Assembly: GCA_051047955.1 (NCBI GenBank)
Contig: JBPGPT010000027.1
Span: 124,001 to 188,000, forward strand
Direction of reading: 5' to 3'
From: Cystobasidiomycetes sp. EMM_F5
Lineage: Eukaryota
DNA length: 64,000 nucleotides
Under the pieces are notes generated by a model. That model was not told where the DNA came from and ran no database searches. It saw nothing but the letters and a program-made list of their open reading frames with translations. Of the stretch, positions 51,030-64,000 are shown in pieces; positions within the stretch are counted from its first letter, which is position 1; each line of letters opens with the position of its first letter. A program made the translations under genes and the position numbers.

Positions 51030-54000
51030 ATGGCTCCCCTCAAACGATTCCAGTCTGTTTCGACTCGTCAGAGGTCAACGACGGCAGACACCGTGTCCCG
51101 TAGAGAACGGTCTGTCACCGTGACCGGCGACGACGCTGACACCATTGCAGAGGCGAGGGAGAGAACGTGCATGGCTCAAAGTCGGAGTCGAACCTCAGGC
51201 GGGGCTGCGAGCACTACCACCCAAGCTGAAGAGACCGAAGCTGATGCCCAGACGAACGAGGCCAGCGAAAACATTCCGCTGAGCGAAAAGGTTGTTGCCC
51301 ATTCCATGTTCATCCCTCGCGTGACGTTCTGACATCTCATTGTTGTGGCCTGCGTTTCTTGTGCCATCACACACGTTCCTTTCCACACGAATACAGATTG
51401 TTCTATGTCTCACCACTTTTATGGGCAAGATCGGATGCTCATACTACGATCCCCAGCTGCAAAAGCTGTTTCTTATCGAGGACAGTCTCGACTCTCCCAA
51501 GTTCGACTTGGCATTGAACAGTATTTGACGACTCTTCGCATGAATGACCAACTTTACTGACGCAATACCAACCTAGTCGTTGAGCAAGTTCGACCACATC
51601 TTCTTCTGGTGTCGAATCGGTCTGATGAAGGCTTCATTGACGGTATCAAGACGAGGCGTGAGCAGCTATCATGATTACCAGTCATTATCTCCGCTGAACA
51701 AAATGTCTTTTTCTGATGACATTCGTGTTCCCGACAAGCAGTGACCGACATGGCAATGGACCATGCCGCAATTGTCGAGATTCGCTCCAACAAGGAATTT
51801 TCATCGAGTCAAGGGCGTTTACACCTTCTCAACCTCCCGCTTCTTAGCGTAGAGGGTGGTGACTTGCAAGATCCATTAAGCGCCAGAAATCGGAATCATG
51901 GCGTTGTCAATGCCATGAACCGGGAGGCAGACACACACAGCGACGATGTCATTGACACCGCGGTGCAGCGGAACCGCGATGCCTACTCGTTCATGCAGCT
52001 TCGCAATCGCAATAGATCGCTGGCAAAGACCGCAGAACAGCGCGTCATCAGCAATTTGAAGCTAGGTGGAAGTGTCCTTCAAAACATGAACAAATCGGTA
52101 TGCAGCTGAGCAGACTTTCGCATAACGACAAATGCTGATTATTGATGCGTCTGTTACTGCCATTTAGCTGGAGACAGTAGCATGCTTATTAAACTACGTC
52201 TCTCGCCGGCGAAACTTGCAAGCCGACGAAGACGAAGACGAAGGAGATTTTCACATTTCATCGATTGAACTCATAGCATTGTACGTACTACAACGGTGCA
52301 CCTAATTTGGAATTGCTTCCCAGCACTCACGTTTCACATCAGATCGAAAACGATGATGGTCAACGCAGATGCAATGTATTCACTGCAGATTTTCGAGGAC
52401 GAAAGTCATGCAAATGTCCATACGCAAAAGAAGGGAGAAGGCCTCTCACTTTTTCGTCCGTGCCAATCAAGGACATATCGATTGAGCACTTCTACTAATG
52501 AGCTGGCTTGTACTAGATCTGTTGTCCAGGACCAAGACTCCACTGGGACGAGCATTGATGCGTCGATGGATGACGCAGCCGTCTCTGGAGATAAGCGTTC
52601 TGGACAATCGCTTTGACGCTGTCGAATGCTTCACCCGTGTTGACAATCGTAAGCACAAGCGATACAGTCATTAGTCAGTATGGATGCTGAATATGCGACG
52701 TCTCGTAGAACACATATCTTCCAGTATCGTGCATGCTCTCAATATCAAGAATGTTCCGCGTGTTCTAAAACTGCTCAGAACGGGTTTAGCCTCTCATCGC
52801 GAATGGCTTGCTCTGTCTGATGTACGTGAAACTAGCTGTGTGGCACTCAAGAGTCTTAATTGACCACTTGCGTCGCAGTTTCTGACCGCGGCCATCAAAA
52901 TCAGGGAATCAGTCTCGAACCTTTCCGGTGGCAAGGATGTCGAAATTCTGCGCACGGTAAGCATACATACCGAATTCGGATGTAGACACTCACCGGTATG
53001 CAATGCAGTACTTTGAAAGCTTTGAGGTAAATGCATTCAGTGAACTTCGAGATGATATCGAGGACAAGGTAAGAACTGCCACCTAGCGTTTTAAAATTGG
53101 AGTGACTTTGAATAAACTGCGTACGCTACCATTCGTTCTCACTCAGATTGACTGGCCGGAAAGTCGAGACCAACATCGGGTATGCATTCGTGAAGGAGTT
53201 GACGGTAAATTGGACGACAACAGACGTATCTATCAGGGACTGCCGAATATGCTCGTAGGTAGCGCTATATTCAGACAGAATTCAGCTGACGCGCCGCCTA
53301 CGATACGTAACAGTCAAGGATCGCAGAGCATATTACACTCAGTCTGGAGCCTGGCTTCTGTACTTCGCTGAATGTCGTCTACTTTCCTCAATTGGGATAC
53401 CTATGCGCGATACCTCTCACCGATCGTGCGAACGATGATCCAGCGGCACCTCAAACGCCGCCTGGTTGGACACAGCAATTTGAGACTGAAGTCTCTATAT
53501 ATTACAAAAATACTGAAATGCGAGATCTCGACGAGTGGATAGGAGATTTGCACGGTTTTATTCTAGACAGGGAAGTCGAGATTATCCAGGAAATGCTTCT
53601 ACGAGCTCTGAAGCAGGAAGACGTGTTTCGAGAAGTCAGCGATATACTAGCAGAGATCGACGTCCTGCTGTCCTTTGCCGACGCCAGCAAGCAGTGTGAG
53701 CAGTCCTTGGAATGTGATTGCTCGCTGTACAGTACTGAAATTGCCCACAGACGAGTGGACGCGGCCGCTAATTACCGAGAGTAACGTTTTGAGGTTGGTA
53801 GGATTCAGGATTCCGCGCAATGCTGCTGCATCTGACATATCTGTGCTATGCAACACAGAATCGACTCTGGTCGCCATCCGCTTGTAGAAATGGTTGTGGA
53901 GAACTTGCAAGTAACGACAGTGCTACAAGTAGGCGGCGCAATTGTTGCTGAATATTACAGACGTACAGTGTCAAGAATGATGCACACCTTGTCGGCGGGC

Positions 54001-55378
54001 AAGGTATTACTGTACAAGAGCTGGAGAGAGTTTCTAGCAAGCCAAGTACTCGAGCACTGTTGAAAGCTGAAAGAGCCGTCGAAAAGGCTCGACGAGCTGC
54101 AGCATGGCAGGTCGAGAATGGCATGGATGCAGGAATGCCCAGCGATGACGACGAAGAAGATGATGGGGATCTGATCTCGCCAGACGATTCCATCCTTATA
54201 CTTACTGGAGCAAACGCAAGCGGCAAGAGCGTGTTTCTCAAGATGGTAGCAATCATCGTTTACATGGGCCATCTGGGCTGCTTTGTCCCGGCTGAAAAGG
54301 CAATCATCGGACTGACGGATAAGATACTCACAAGAGTGTCGACGCGGGAAAGCGTCAGCAAGGTGAGAGTCGCACATACGCCATGTTGCGAAGTAAGCTG
54401 AATCATCGACCGATCTCAGGGCGCAAGCGCATTCATGATTGATCTGCAGCAGCTCTCCTTTATGTAAGTCGTAATGCTCATGACATCCCGAGTTCTCACA
54501 GCTGAAAATTGCGTATACCACAGGCTACGCAACTGCACTCAGCGCAGTCTGTTGCTCATCGATGAGGTCAGTGTTGACAGCCCTGCTTCCGCATGTATGA
54601 TAACTGACATCGAGCGGGATAAATCAGTTCGGCAAGGGCACGAACGCATCAGGTAAGCGAGGGCAAAGCTTGCGCACGCATATTCCTGAACTATCTCTAT
54701 GCTGCTGTGTAATACCAGACGGCGCTGGTCTCTTTATCGGTCTCGTGAAGCACCTTGTCACGCAGGGGCCAAAATTGCCAAAGACTCTGCTCACCACACA
54801 CTTCCATGAGATCTTCCAAGAAAATGCTGTGTTCCTAAATCGAAGACTGCCTATCGGCCTCGCTCACATGGAATTGCTAGCTGACATCAAAGAAGGCCCG
54901 GAGGGCGGTGTAAGCGAGGCATCGGGGATGGACACGGACCCTGCGAGGGTGACAGATGTAATACCGTTGTTCAAGTAAGTCTGAGTCGGAGCTGCTCATC
55001 GTCCGCGTATGTGCTGATTACCATCGATGATTGATGGCCAGGCTCGCTCCAGGGTTGTGCCTGAAGAGCTATGCCTTTCACTGCGCAGAGAGCTATGGTA
55101 TAGCTCCGGAGATTGTGAGTCGTGCCATGGCTGTCTCAAAGGCCTTATCGAGCTTCAGCATGCACGAAATTATGGATCCGAAAATGTCAGAGGAGGATGA
55201 GCGCACACTGCGAGAGTCGGAAATCATTGCTCGCAAGCTGCTACAAACTCGCTGGGAAGATGACGATGAACAGGATGAGGAGACGGGAGAAAGAAAGACT
55301 ACAATGAAGAAGCTGGCTGAATGTTTGGGCGAGACCTACATCGAGCCCCGCAACACCTACCGAGGACGGCGCTACTGA
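51030..55378 (+). CDS. MSH5: Meiotic MutS homolog 5
   Basis: SLQIFEDESHAN, KTPLGRALMRRW, GRHPL, LTGANASGKSVFLK, CFVPA..GLTDKILTRVSTRESVSK, SAFMIDLQQ and TTHFHE. Confidence 0.9.
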
Positions 55379-55729
55379 TCACTCGGCCGGAGAGGAACGG
55401 AACCACGATAGATATGTTCGATTTCGGAAGGGTTTCCCTTTCCGAGTCACGAATTCCAAGACAAACAACAGGATCATGGATGGACGCCACCACGCAACCC
55501 TGCGCTACAGACACTCGATGACATGCTGAGAGGGCGAGACTGGGTAGCAATGATTGCGGATGTTGTTGCGATGATTATGCTAGGTCTACAGCATGTTTCT
55601 CCCTACTTTGCCCGTTCTTTTGCCATGAGCTTGCGTCGGTCATTCAGCGCCCAACCTGCTCTTCGTCCACCAAACCAAACGACGAAAACAAAGACAAGTC
55701 TTCATTGGTCCTTGCAATAACACTACACA

Positions 55730-56969
55730 ATGGCGTACGTGGACAGTGCATACAATCAGATGCCCAGCGTCAGGACTGGGCTGCACGGCAAAGTTGGCTG
55801 AGATTGCTCAAACTCCCGCTGCTCTGAATATGGTCACACAACCTCTGGATGACTGGCCTGCAGTTCTGAACTCTGCCCAGTCTACGCGTGAGTGCTATGG
55901 ACTTATCATTATCCCGCCCGAGCTGACCTTTGTTGCTACATTGTAGGCCCTTCTTTGGTGCCATGGTAGGTGACGAATGGCAATGCTATCCTGCAAAGGC
56001 TGGCAGGACAGCTCTGATGTTGAGTGCGCCATGTATTTACGATGCGTAGGGATGCACATCCGCCATCGTCTTCACCTGTGAGTAGCGCTACACGGTGGCC
56101 GTACTGGTTTGCGAACGAAGCTGATATCCCTTCCCACCAGGCATCGGAGCAAGGTAAAGCTCATAGACGGTAGTACCGTCGCTGTTTTGCAAGATTCTGA
56201 CTGCTCGATTCTGCTCTACAGCTATGGAACGTCCAAGTCCGGTGTAAGCTCCTCGTGTTGAACCCTCTCGACTTCGCTGACCTATTGAATCGCAGGTCGG
56301 CATCTCTGCCATGGGTGTTCTCAGACCTGATCTCATGATGAAGTGTATCGTCCCAGTCGTTATGGCTGGTATCATTGCCGTGAGTCGCTGCCGACACTGC
56401 TTTTCGTGCTTGACCAAATTGACGCAAATACCACGCAGATTTGTAAGAAGCGGCCATGCTCATGTTTCTCCGGCACTGACACGATAGGTATAAACAGACG
56501 GTCTTGTCGTTTCCGTTCTGATATCGTCTGGATGTACGCCACCACCATTACCCATCAAACGTTTCGCCGACTGATGAGGGCTCCTTTATGCAGTACAATC
56601 GCCAATGCCGCTCTACTCGGGTTTCATTCAACTTGGTGCGGGTCTATCCGTCGGTCTTGCCGGCCTCTCTGCAGGCTTTGCGATCGGGATCGTGGGTGAT
56701 GCCGGTGTCCGAGGAACAGCCCAGCAGTATGTTCCGGTTTCCAAGCTTGATTCATCATCCGTTACTAATTGGAACTGCCTTGCAGACCGCGTCTGTTCGT
56801 CGGTATGATTCTTATTCTCATCTTCGCCGAAGTGCTGGGTCTGTACGGTCTTATCGTTGCTTTGGTTAGTTGCACCTGCTCTGACATACGGCAGCGCGCA
56901 CACATCTCATTACGCTTCGTTTCTCAGATCCTCAATACACGCGCGACTGAAACTCCCGCATGCACCTAA
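55730..56969 (+). CDS. VMA3: V-ATPase 16-kDa proteolipid subunit c (12 exons)
   Basis: [87 protein letters not shown]. Confidence 0.96.
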
Positions 56970-57354
56970 AACACAAGCTCAACTGGCGACAAGGCAGTTT
57001 GAAATGGTCCCTCCACACGTCAACCCGTGCATTGACGTAGCATGACGTAGCATGTCATAGTAGGCCCATACAACAAGGCATGCTGTGACGTATGAACAAG
57101 TTGAGCACTCTGGACCTCTTTATAGATACACAATTGGCTTGTTGCAAATGAAGTGTTGATTTGCATTTGCCTGACGGGAAATTGATCGCATGTGTTGCCG
57201 TTTCCGTATGCTGATTTGGGGTCGATGGTCTATGCTTAATGCTATGATTGGAGTTTTGATATGAGCTGACACAGCGCAGACTTCTCGCGGGAATGTATAC
57301 TGTCTTGCTGTTTCCGCAAGACGCATAGCAGTATTTTCGAGCAGACGAGCCCTA

Positions 57355-59571
57355 TTACTCGGCTCTGCGATCGCCTTCTGGCATGCCAAAGTGAAACACC
57401 AAGCCCATGCCTGTCGACGACATCCATAAGCGCATTATTTATCAATATCGACCGAGCAAATCTCATGGTATCGTACGACTTACCAACTAGTAAGGCAATT
57501 ATAACAGGCTGCAGCACTACGGGTCCGTACTTCTGTGCAAGAGCGCCAGTCACTATTGAACGTCGGTTTCGATCGATAAGCGTATCAGACTAAAAATTGA
57601 TGCATGACATCTGAAAAGCTTACGAAAAGGGAATGCTGCGCTTCCAGCTTGCCCAGCTGCCGCCACGAGCCCAATCGCTCCAGTGTGTAGCGGCTTGGGA
57701 AGTGATCTTGTCATTGCCATGATGCCTTATATAGTACATAGCGAGTTAGCGAAGCAGACTGACAACGAGCGGGAAAAACAATCACTCACCGATCCCGAAG
57801 AAAGTCGATAAAAAGTACCCAATGAGGCAGATGGCGACGGCTGTAACGACAGACGATAGTGTTCAACAATGCTTCGAGTGTCAGGACATGATACGAACGC
57901 CACCCAACTTACCATTGCCAATGAGCTGACGCCAGAACCATACGCTGAGCTCGAGAAGGAGGGACAAGACGATGTAGCCGTACAGACACTTCCGGTCACC
58001 TACTCGTGCTTGCAGATGCGGGAGGGTCAGTCTGCCCAGTGTGATGCCCGACCAGAAGCGTATTTAATGGAAAAAACCCTTCATCAGAAGCGTACACATG
58101 TACTTTGCAATGATGAAGACTTATCCGTTGCAACATAGCCGACGTTTGCTGTTCCGCCTCGGCTCTGTAGTAGAAAGGAGACCGCCCACTAATTTTCCGG
58201 GTTTTCAGTTCAAATCATTCTAAGTCTAGAAAATCGTGATGCTCACTCCTCCAATCGACACCTCAGCTCCAACACTTTAGACAGCCGCTACCGTCAGTAA
58301 ATCGTCAGTAACAACTTCCGAAAGCCTACTAGAAGAAAAGGAAGAGAGCGGTAGCCCAGACTATTCGAGTCCTCAGCATGAGTCGGTTCTTGTCCATTGT
58401 ACTGTAGGATCTTTCGACGTCTATTGCTCCCCCACCTTCCCGGCGAGTGATCGCGGTCACATTCTCAACATCAGGTGGCTGCATCTCGATGTTGCCAACG
58501 CCAGGGTTGTCTTGTGGCCTAGGGTCGCGCTTGCGCTGCTGTGGTCTGTGATCCGAGTCGCGGCCAAAGGCGAAGAAGAGCGAGATGGAGTTAAGCGTAG
58601 CTAGGCCGAGGCTGACGCCGAAGAAGTAACTGAATTTGACGCCGGAGGATGCTAATGACGTGGCTGCGAGTGGAGACAGAAGCGCGCCTAGGCCCTGAGA
58701 CGCAAATGAAAGGTCAGCCTTCTGCGAGAACTCGTCGATGGCAATTGCTCTTACGTAGCTGGCTTGCCCATAATTCAAATTCGCACCGCTTCGCGGTAGT
58801 GCGGCGAGCCAAGCGGAGGATTGAGCCTGGATGGTGTCGTTGTCACGAAATGTAATAAAAAATGTCCGGCGGGCACAAGGACAGCTCTGTCAGCGCAGGC
58901 GTCTCGATGAATGCCGAGCCAGAGCTGACCATCAAAAGAGCCATTCCAAACCCTATTAGTATGGCATAAATTGCGGGGAGTAGTGGAAACGGGGGAGGTG
59001 CCAGAAGGGCCGCATACCCGCAAGCTTGAAGTACTGCGCCTGTCGTCACCGTCTTTCCCATTCCTAACCTGTCTGTGACTGCATTATTCACAAATGCGGC
59101 CAGAACAAAACCGGAGAATGCCCCGATGAACAAGGTCGAAACCTGGATGTAGTTCAGCTGACGTTGCGAACCCATCAGTAAGTTGCGATGTCAGCGAGTA
59201 TCCGGTCAACAACCAACGTCATAGTATCGTTCCATCCATGGCAGCAAAGCGCCTGAACCAGATGTCAGTATTGGACGATGCCATCAAGCTCCGCATCCTT
59301 GCCAACCTGCACAAGCATCGTTCCATCCTGCCACTCCGGCCGACCAACATATCGCTGCAAACTGGCGGTTTTGCTTTTTGCTGAACGCTTTCAGTCGAGA
59401 CGGGAATCCAGGTGGTGCTGCGTCGCTGTTTGAGCTGTGATTCTCGGCATCAGGCGTCTGAGCCAGCCCTGCCGTCGTCGTGACGGTCAAGACATCTTGC
59501 GTATTTTGTATGGCTCCTGTCGCAGCCAATTTGTCGTCGCCTATAGCTACATCACTTGGCTGGAGCTCCAT
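57355..59571 (-). CDS. MFS transporter (FucP/Bsc6-like), tandem copy A
   Basis: GWNDA, GLGALLSPLAAT, FFYVGAEVSIGGW.VSFL and GYVATGFWSGITLGR. Confidence 0.88.
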
Positions 59572-59761
59572 GCTGTGGCTTCACCTGAGTGCAGAGGTCA
59601 TCACAGTCGAGACTCGCCAAAGACATCGCGAAACACAATGCATCCCCCTATTTCTGAAGTCAAGGTGGAGACGTTCGATTATGGCTAATAATGGACATCT
59701 TTGTGCAATCTATGGACATGCTCTGCTCCATCCTCCATGCATATATTTTCACGTCTCTGTC

Positions 59762-61890
59762 TTACGATTTCCTTCTGTCGGCCTCGGGGATGAAGAAGAA
59801 GACTACGCCCATGCCGACCAACAGGCCAATGATGACTGGTTGCAAGACGACGGGGCCATACTTCTGCGCAAGAACACCAGTGACTGTGACAGACTGCATT
59901 CAGTGGACGAATAGCACACACCTATGCATCAAATCACGTACGAAAAGGAAAGGCTGCACTACCCGCTTGGCCCGCAGCTGCTACCAGTCCAATGGCTCCA
60001 GTGTGCAGCGGTTTCGGCAGTGTCTTTATCATTGCCATAATTCCAATACCAAAGAATGTCGACAGCAGGAAGCCAATCAGACATATCGCGACCGCTGTAA
60101 GGTCAATATCGTATGAAACGTCAGCAGCTGTTCATATTGAATATCATAAGTCCACAACGCCGTACCGTTGCCGATAAGCTGTCTCCAAAACCACACACTG
60201 AACTCAAGAAGAAGAGACAACGTGAGGTACGCGTAGAGGCACTTCCGATCTCCTAGCCGGACTTGCAGATGTGGCAAGGTAAGTCTTCCCAAGGTAATGC
60301 CTGACCAGAAGCGTAAATATGATTGCAAAAATCGTTAGCTTTTCGCGATTCAATGCGCAGAGGCTAACTTATCTGTTGCTACATATCCGACGTTTGCCGA
60401 ACCGCCTCTGCTCTGAAGCAGGAAAGAGACTGCCCACTGATTTTATGTGTCAGCTAGACAACGCTGATGTCACGGATAGAGGGCGCCTACTCCTCCTATT
60501 GACACCTCGGCCCCGACACTAGAAAGTAATAGGGTCAGCCGCCTGAACAAGCCAGATCAAGTGTGACTTGCTAAAAGAACAGGAAAAGAGCAGTAGCCCA
60601 AACAATCTTTGACTTGAAAATTAACTTGTTCTTGTCGGAAGTTGAGTATATGCGCTCAGTGTCCAGAGCCAGCGGGCGCGTAGAATCCGTAGTCATCGGC
60701 GTAGCTGCTCCTGAGGGTGATCCGATACCTGTCTCTTGCAACTCTATGCTATGTCCATTTCTTTCGCTGCTATTTTGAGGCGCAACCTTACGCTGCGGCC
60801 CGCATTCAGGGTCGCGACCAAAGGCGAAGAAGAGTGAGATGGAATTGAGTAACGCTAGACCTAGACTAATGCTAAAAAAGTAGCTGAAGCGAACACCGGA
60901 ACTGGCGAGGGCGGTTGCGGCCAGAGGAGACAGCAGCGCGCCAACGCCCTTCATGACATGAGGTGCGTCAGTAAATCCAGGTCCCCTAGCGTAAGTAAGA
61001 GGGTATACTGCCTACGTAACAAGCCTGTGCATGATTGATCATTAAATTTGAATTCGGAAGACTCGCTAGCCACGATGAGGTTTGCGCCTGCGACTCATAC
61101 GATGAGTCCGATAGACTATGGACTTGACAGATGTGCCCACCATCATGAAGGCCAAGCCAAATCCAATCAGGCTGGCGTATACGACGGGAAAGAGCGGGAA
61201 TGGAGGCGGGGCCAATAGAACTGCATATCCGCATGTTTGAAGCAGGGCAGCGAACGTCAATGTCTTGCCCATACCCAGGCGATCTGTTGCGAGGTTGTTA
61301 AGCAGTCCGGCAACGGCGAAACCGCTGAAGGCGCCGATGAAAATTGTAGAGACCTCGATGTAATTTATCTTTTGACAATGAGGATCAGTTTGCGGACACG
61401 CGTCAGTGACTGTCGCTCCAATCTTACGTCAAAGAATCTTTCCCTGTTTCACAGCGTTTGGAAGCAAAACATTGAGCCGAAACCTGCTACTTGTGTAGAG
61501 TAAAATATCTCAGCGTACATGAAGGGTATCAATGCGCCTGCATCGGCGTGCACACGGAAACAACGTCATATCACCGTCCCAAGTCAGATTCGATAGACGG
61601 GGAGTGGAAATTACAAGACTCGGCGTACCCGCGCATGCATCATTCCAACCACCAACACCTGCCTGCAAGCATGCCGCTGCAAACTGCCTATTCTGCTTCT
61701 TCTTTATGGTTGCGATGAATCTAGCTCGGCGGTTCTCTGTGCTCGATTGAACGCGGGACGATGGGCCATCTTGTGTGAAAACAGGTGGCTCGACGAGTAT
61801 CTTCTTGACTATATGCGCTGCAGATGGACTCTGCGGCAGACTCTCCAGCTTTGCGACCTCTGCGGCTGTTTCCTGATGCAATGAGGCCAT
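59762..61890 (-). CDS. MFS transporter (FucP/Bsc6-like), tandem copy B
   Basis: Collinear paralog of copy A (KKQNRQFAA, GWNDA, GVGALLSPLAAT, FWSGITLGRLTLPHLQ). Confidence 0.88.
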
Positions 61891-62352
61891 AGCCTATCAA
61901 AGCGGGCAACTGGCTTCAAGTCAGCGGGAGATTAGCGCAGCGTTAGTCTTCGCGTTATTAGCGGGAAAGAGTCAGCGAACAGCGTCAAAGCCATGCAAAG
62001 CGACTGGCTCGTCAAGGCTTGACCGATCAACAAAGAGGTTGCGACTGCTCCAACCATCAGTCGACGAGATGAGCTCCGAATGTCAGCAAATGCAATGCAG
62101 ACAGTCCATAATACTCGACTGGGTGCTCGTGGACCACTCGGCTGACAGGCTGACAGGCTGAAGTACCCTATCCGGGAATGGAAAGACGGCGCGTTTTTGG
62201 TAGACAGATCCCTGAGACGTGTGTCCTGCTGTCCATACTAAGATGGGGAATGGCAATCACGCTCACACAACTTGAGCCTCATTCCTGACCTGCTGGCTCT
62301 TGACTCCGTTCATTAATCTCGGCCTGCTCGAATCCGCGGGAGCTCCGTACTA

Positions 62353-64000
62353 ATGAAGAACCTCACAATCTCGGTCGCATTGACAGCCTTGGCTGTCTGT
62401 GCTGGTGTGTCTTTCGCAGAAGATACTCCACAGCATCCCGGCATCACTCACCTATGTTATGATCACATCCACCCAAACTCCAACATACTCAAGCCCGTCG
62501 AATGCTTGTTCGATGATGCGGTCGCTAAGCGAGACCTGAAGCCGTCTGGAACGGCTCCATCTGTTGCACCAGTGGGTCTGAACGAATCTAGCGTATTTGG
62601 ATGCCCAGTCATAAGCCGACTTACTTCACTCATCCAGGCAACCGCAACCGTACCGCTCGCTACATCGACATCAGTACCACAGGCATTCAATTTCGTCTTC
62701 AACTGCACTGGGTAAGGAGAGGGCAGGGTGGGTTTTACTGCATGCCACACTTAAGCCATCCTTCGCTAGAACCGGGAGCGGGAGGGCAGACTTTTGTGAG
62801 AAGACGCAGAACGCCTTTACCTCGAGTGGTCAGATCATCTCTGGCGTCTTCGACATCAAGACGACGATTAACGTCAACGTGCAAATCCGTCCATTCTGTT
62901 TCCAAGGAGTCTGTTCCTATGGAGATCAGGCAACCCAACTTGGTAAGTCGGAACTCAATAAGGCTGTCATACAGCTCTTCATTTAAGAGCTTAACGAGGT
63001 CATTTAACAGGAAATGCTGGCCCCACCCGCTCCATCCCACTCACTTCTGACGATGGACAAGTCCGATTATATCCACAAGCTCTCGTAAAGCAGTTCGGCA
63101 TCAGCGGAATTCAGTTCACGCCGTACGACATCGATGCCAACATCAAGTGTGTACAAGTGACATTAGCCTCATCCCAGCGGCTTACGTTCGTTGAAACTGC
63201 AGCTCAAACACCAGTATCAGTCCTGCAAGAACATACGTATGCTGAATATCTACGATCCTGTTCTTCCCTTACGTTGGCTGATTGGAATGCAACAGTTCCG
63301 CGGAGACGCGTTACCATCGCCAGGCGAAAACACACACGATATCGAGTCCACCATTCTACAGTAAGTGGCGCTTGCCTCAATTGCATAAGTGGTCTTTGGT
63401 AAACTGACCGACTTTCTGCAGTGAATTGCTTCATGGTCTCGGGTTCCTGAGTATGGTTAGTAGCCACACTCGACGGCTATACCCATCAGCTAACGACTCC
63501 CTCGCCAGTGGAGATATACGGCTCAAGAAGGCACGGCGTTATACATGCCCGCGATTCAGACAAATGAGCGAGATGAGGCCATATCGTTCTTCGAGGGGGC
63601 TTTCGACCGCTACGTGACAAGGACCGATGATAACAGCCGCCTGACTGCTGTTACGGACAGTATGAATAAAGTTGCATTTCCAGGATCAACGACGCAATCT
63701 CTTGCGGACCTAAGCTGGATAGAAAAGAATGCCCAGTTGATGGGACAGATTACTCCGCTGGGTAAATTGGCAACTACTGCCAGAAGCCTGGCTTTCACAG
63801 CCAGCGCCGGCATGTCACGCTTTCTAGAAACTGGTCTCACGCCGTGGTCTCCCGGAAGTTCTGGCTCTCATCTCGATTATCAGAGCTACATTAATTCTAC
63901 AGACTTTCTGATGATCTGGTCTGACAAAGGCGTAGGCACTATGTCTCAACAGATCGCAGACGTCAACGGGTTGCTGTCTGGTAATCAGCTTAATGATGCT
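62353..64000 (+). CDS. Secreted zinc metallopeptidase-like protein (runs off the window)
   Basis: Signal peptide; spliced ILH|ELLHGLGFLS (HEXXH split by an intron near 63361-63421); later PGSSGSHLD and YPQALVKQ. Confidence 0.75.

Noticed and set aside
61900..62165. Clustered AGCG/AGCGGG words and a ggctgaca tandem in the divergent promoter
   Set aside because: Short and low in information; cannot be told from chance without comparative data.

Overview
Compact, intron-dense eukaryotic DNA with mostly 50-70-nt introns and CTRAC/CTAAC branch points. It is fungal and probably basidiomycete (inferred from gene content and intron style; the species cannot be determined). About 30 protein genes are present, mostly housekeeping: a kinase, ALG11, HNT1, fibrillarin, IPK1, a sugar porter, a patatin lipase, an SDR, GET4, mago nashi, DUF829, ATL1, RPL36, ARF1, TGS1, CPSF2, RRN7, NAS2, MSH5, VMA3, two MFS paralogs and a secreted HEXXH protease. 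The main discovery is a ~4.67-kb element (21322-26012) encoding an intact DUF3435/Starship-captain-like tyrosine recombinase, inserted inside the mago nashi coding sequence. It is flanked by an exact 18-bp direct repeat that is itself Mago coding sequence. The host's original intron-containing 5' end is stranded at 26141-25995. The element supplies its own upstream region and an intronless, synonymously recoded Mago N-terminus that restores the gene, as prophages do at attB sites inside genes. Other points: three ATAAGT...AC (U2-like AT-AC) introns, several GC-AG introns, 4-nt microexons, a tandem trio of orphan paralogs, and an orphan gene with a duplicated domain and an in-frame stop. All exon structures were worked out by hand and no database searches were run.
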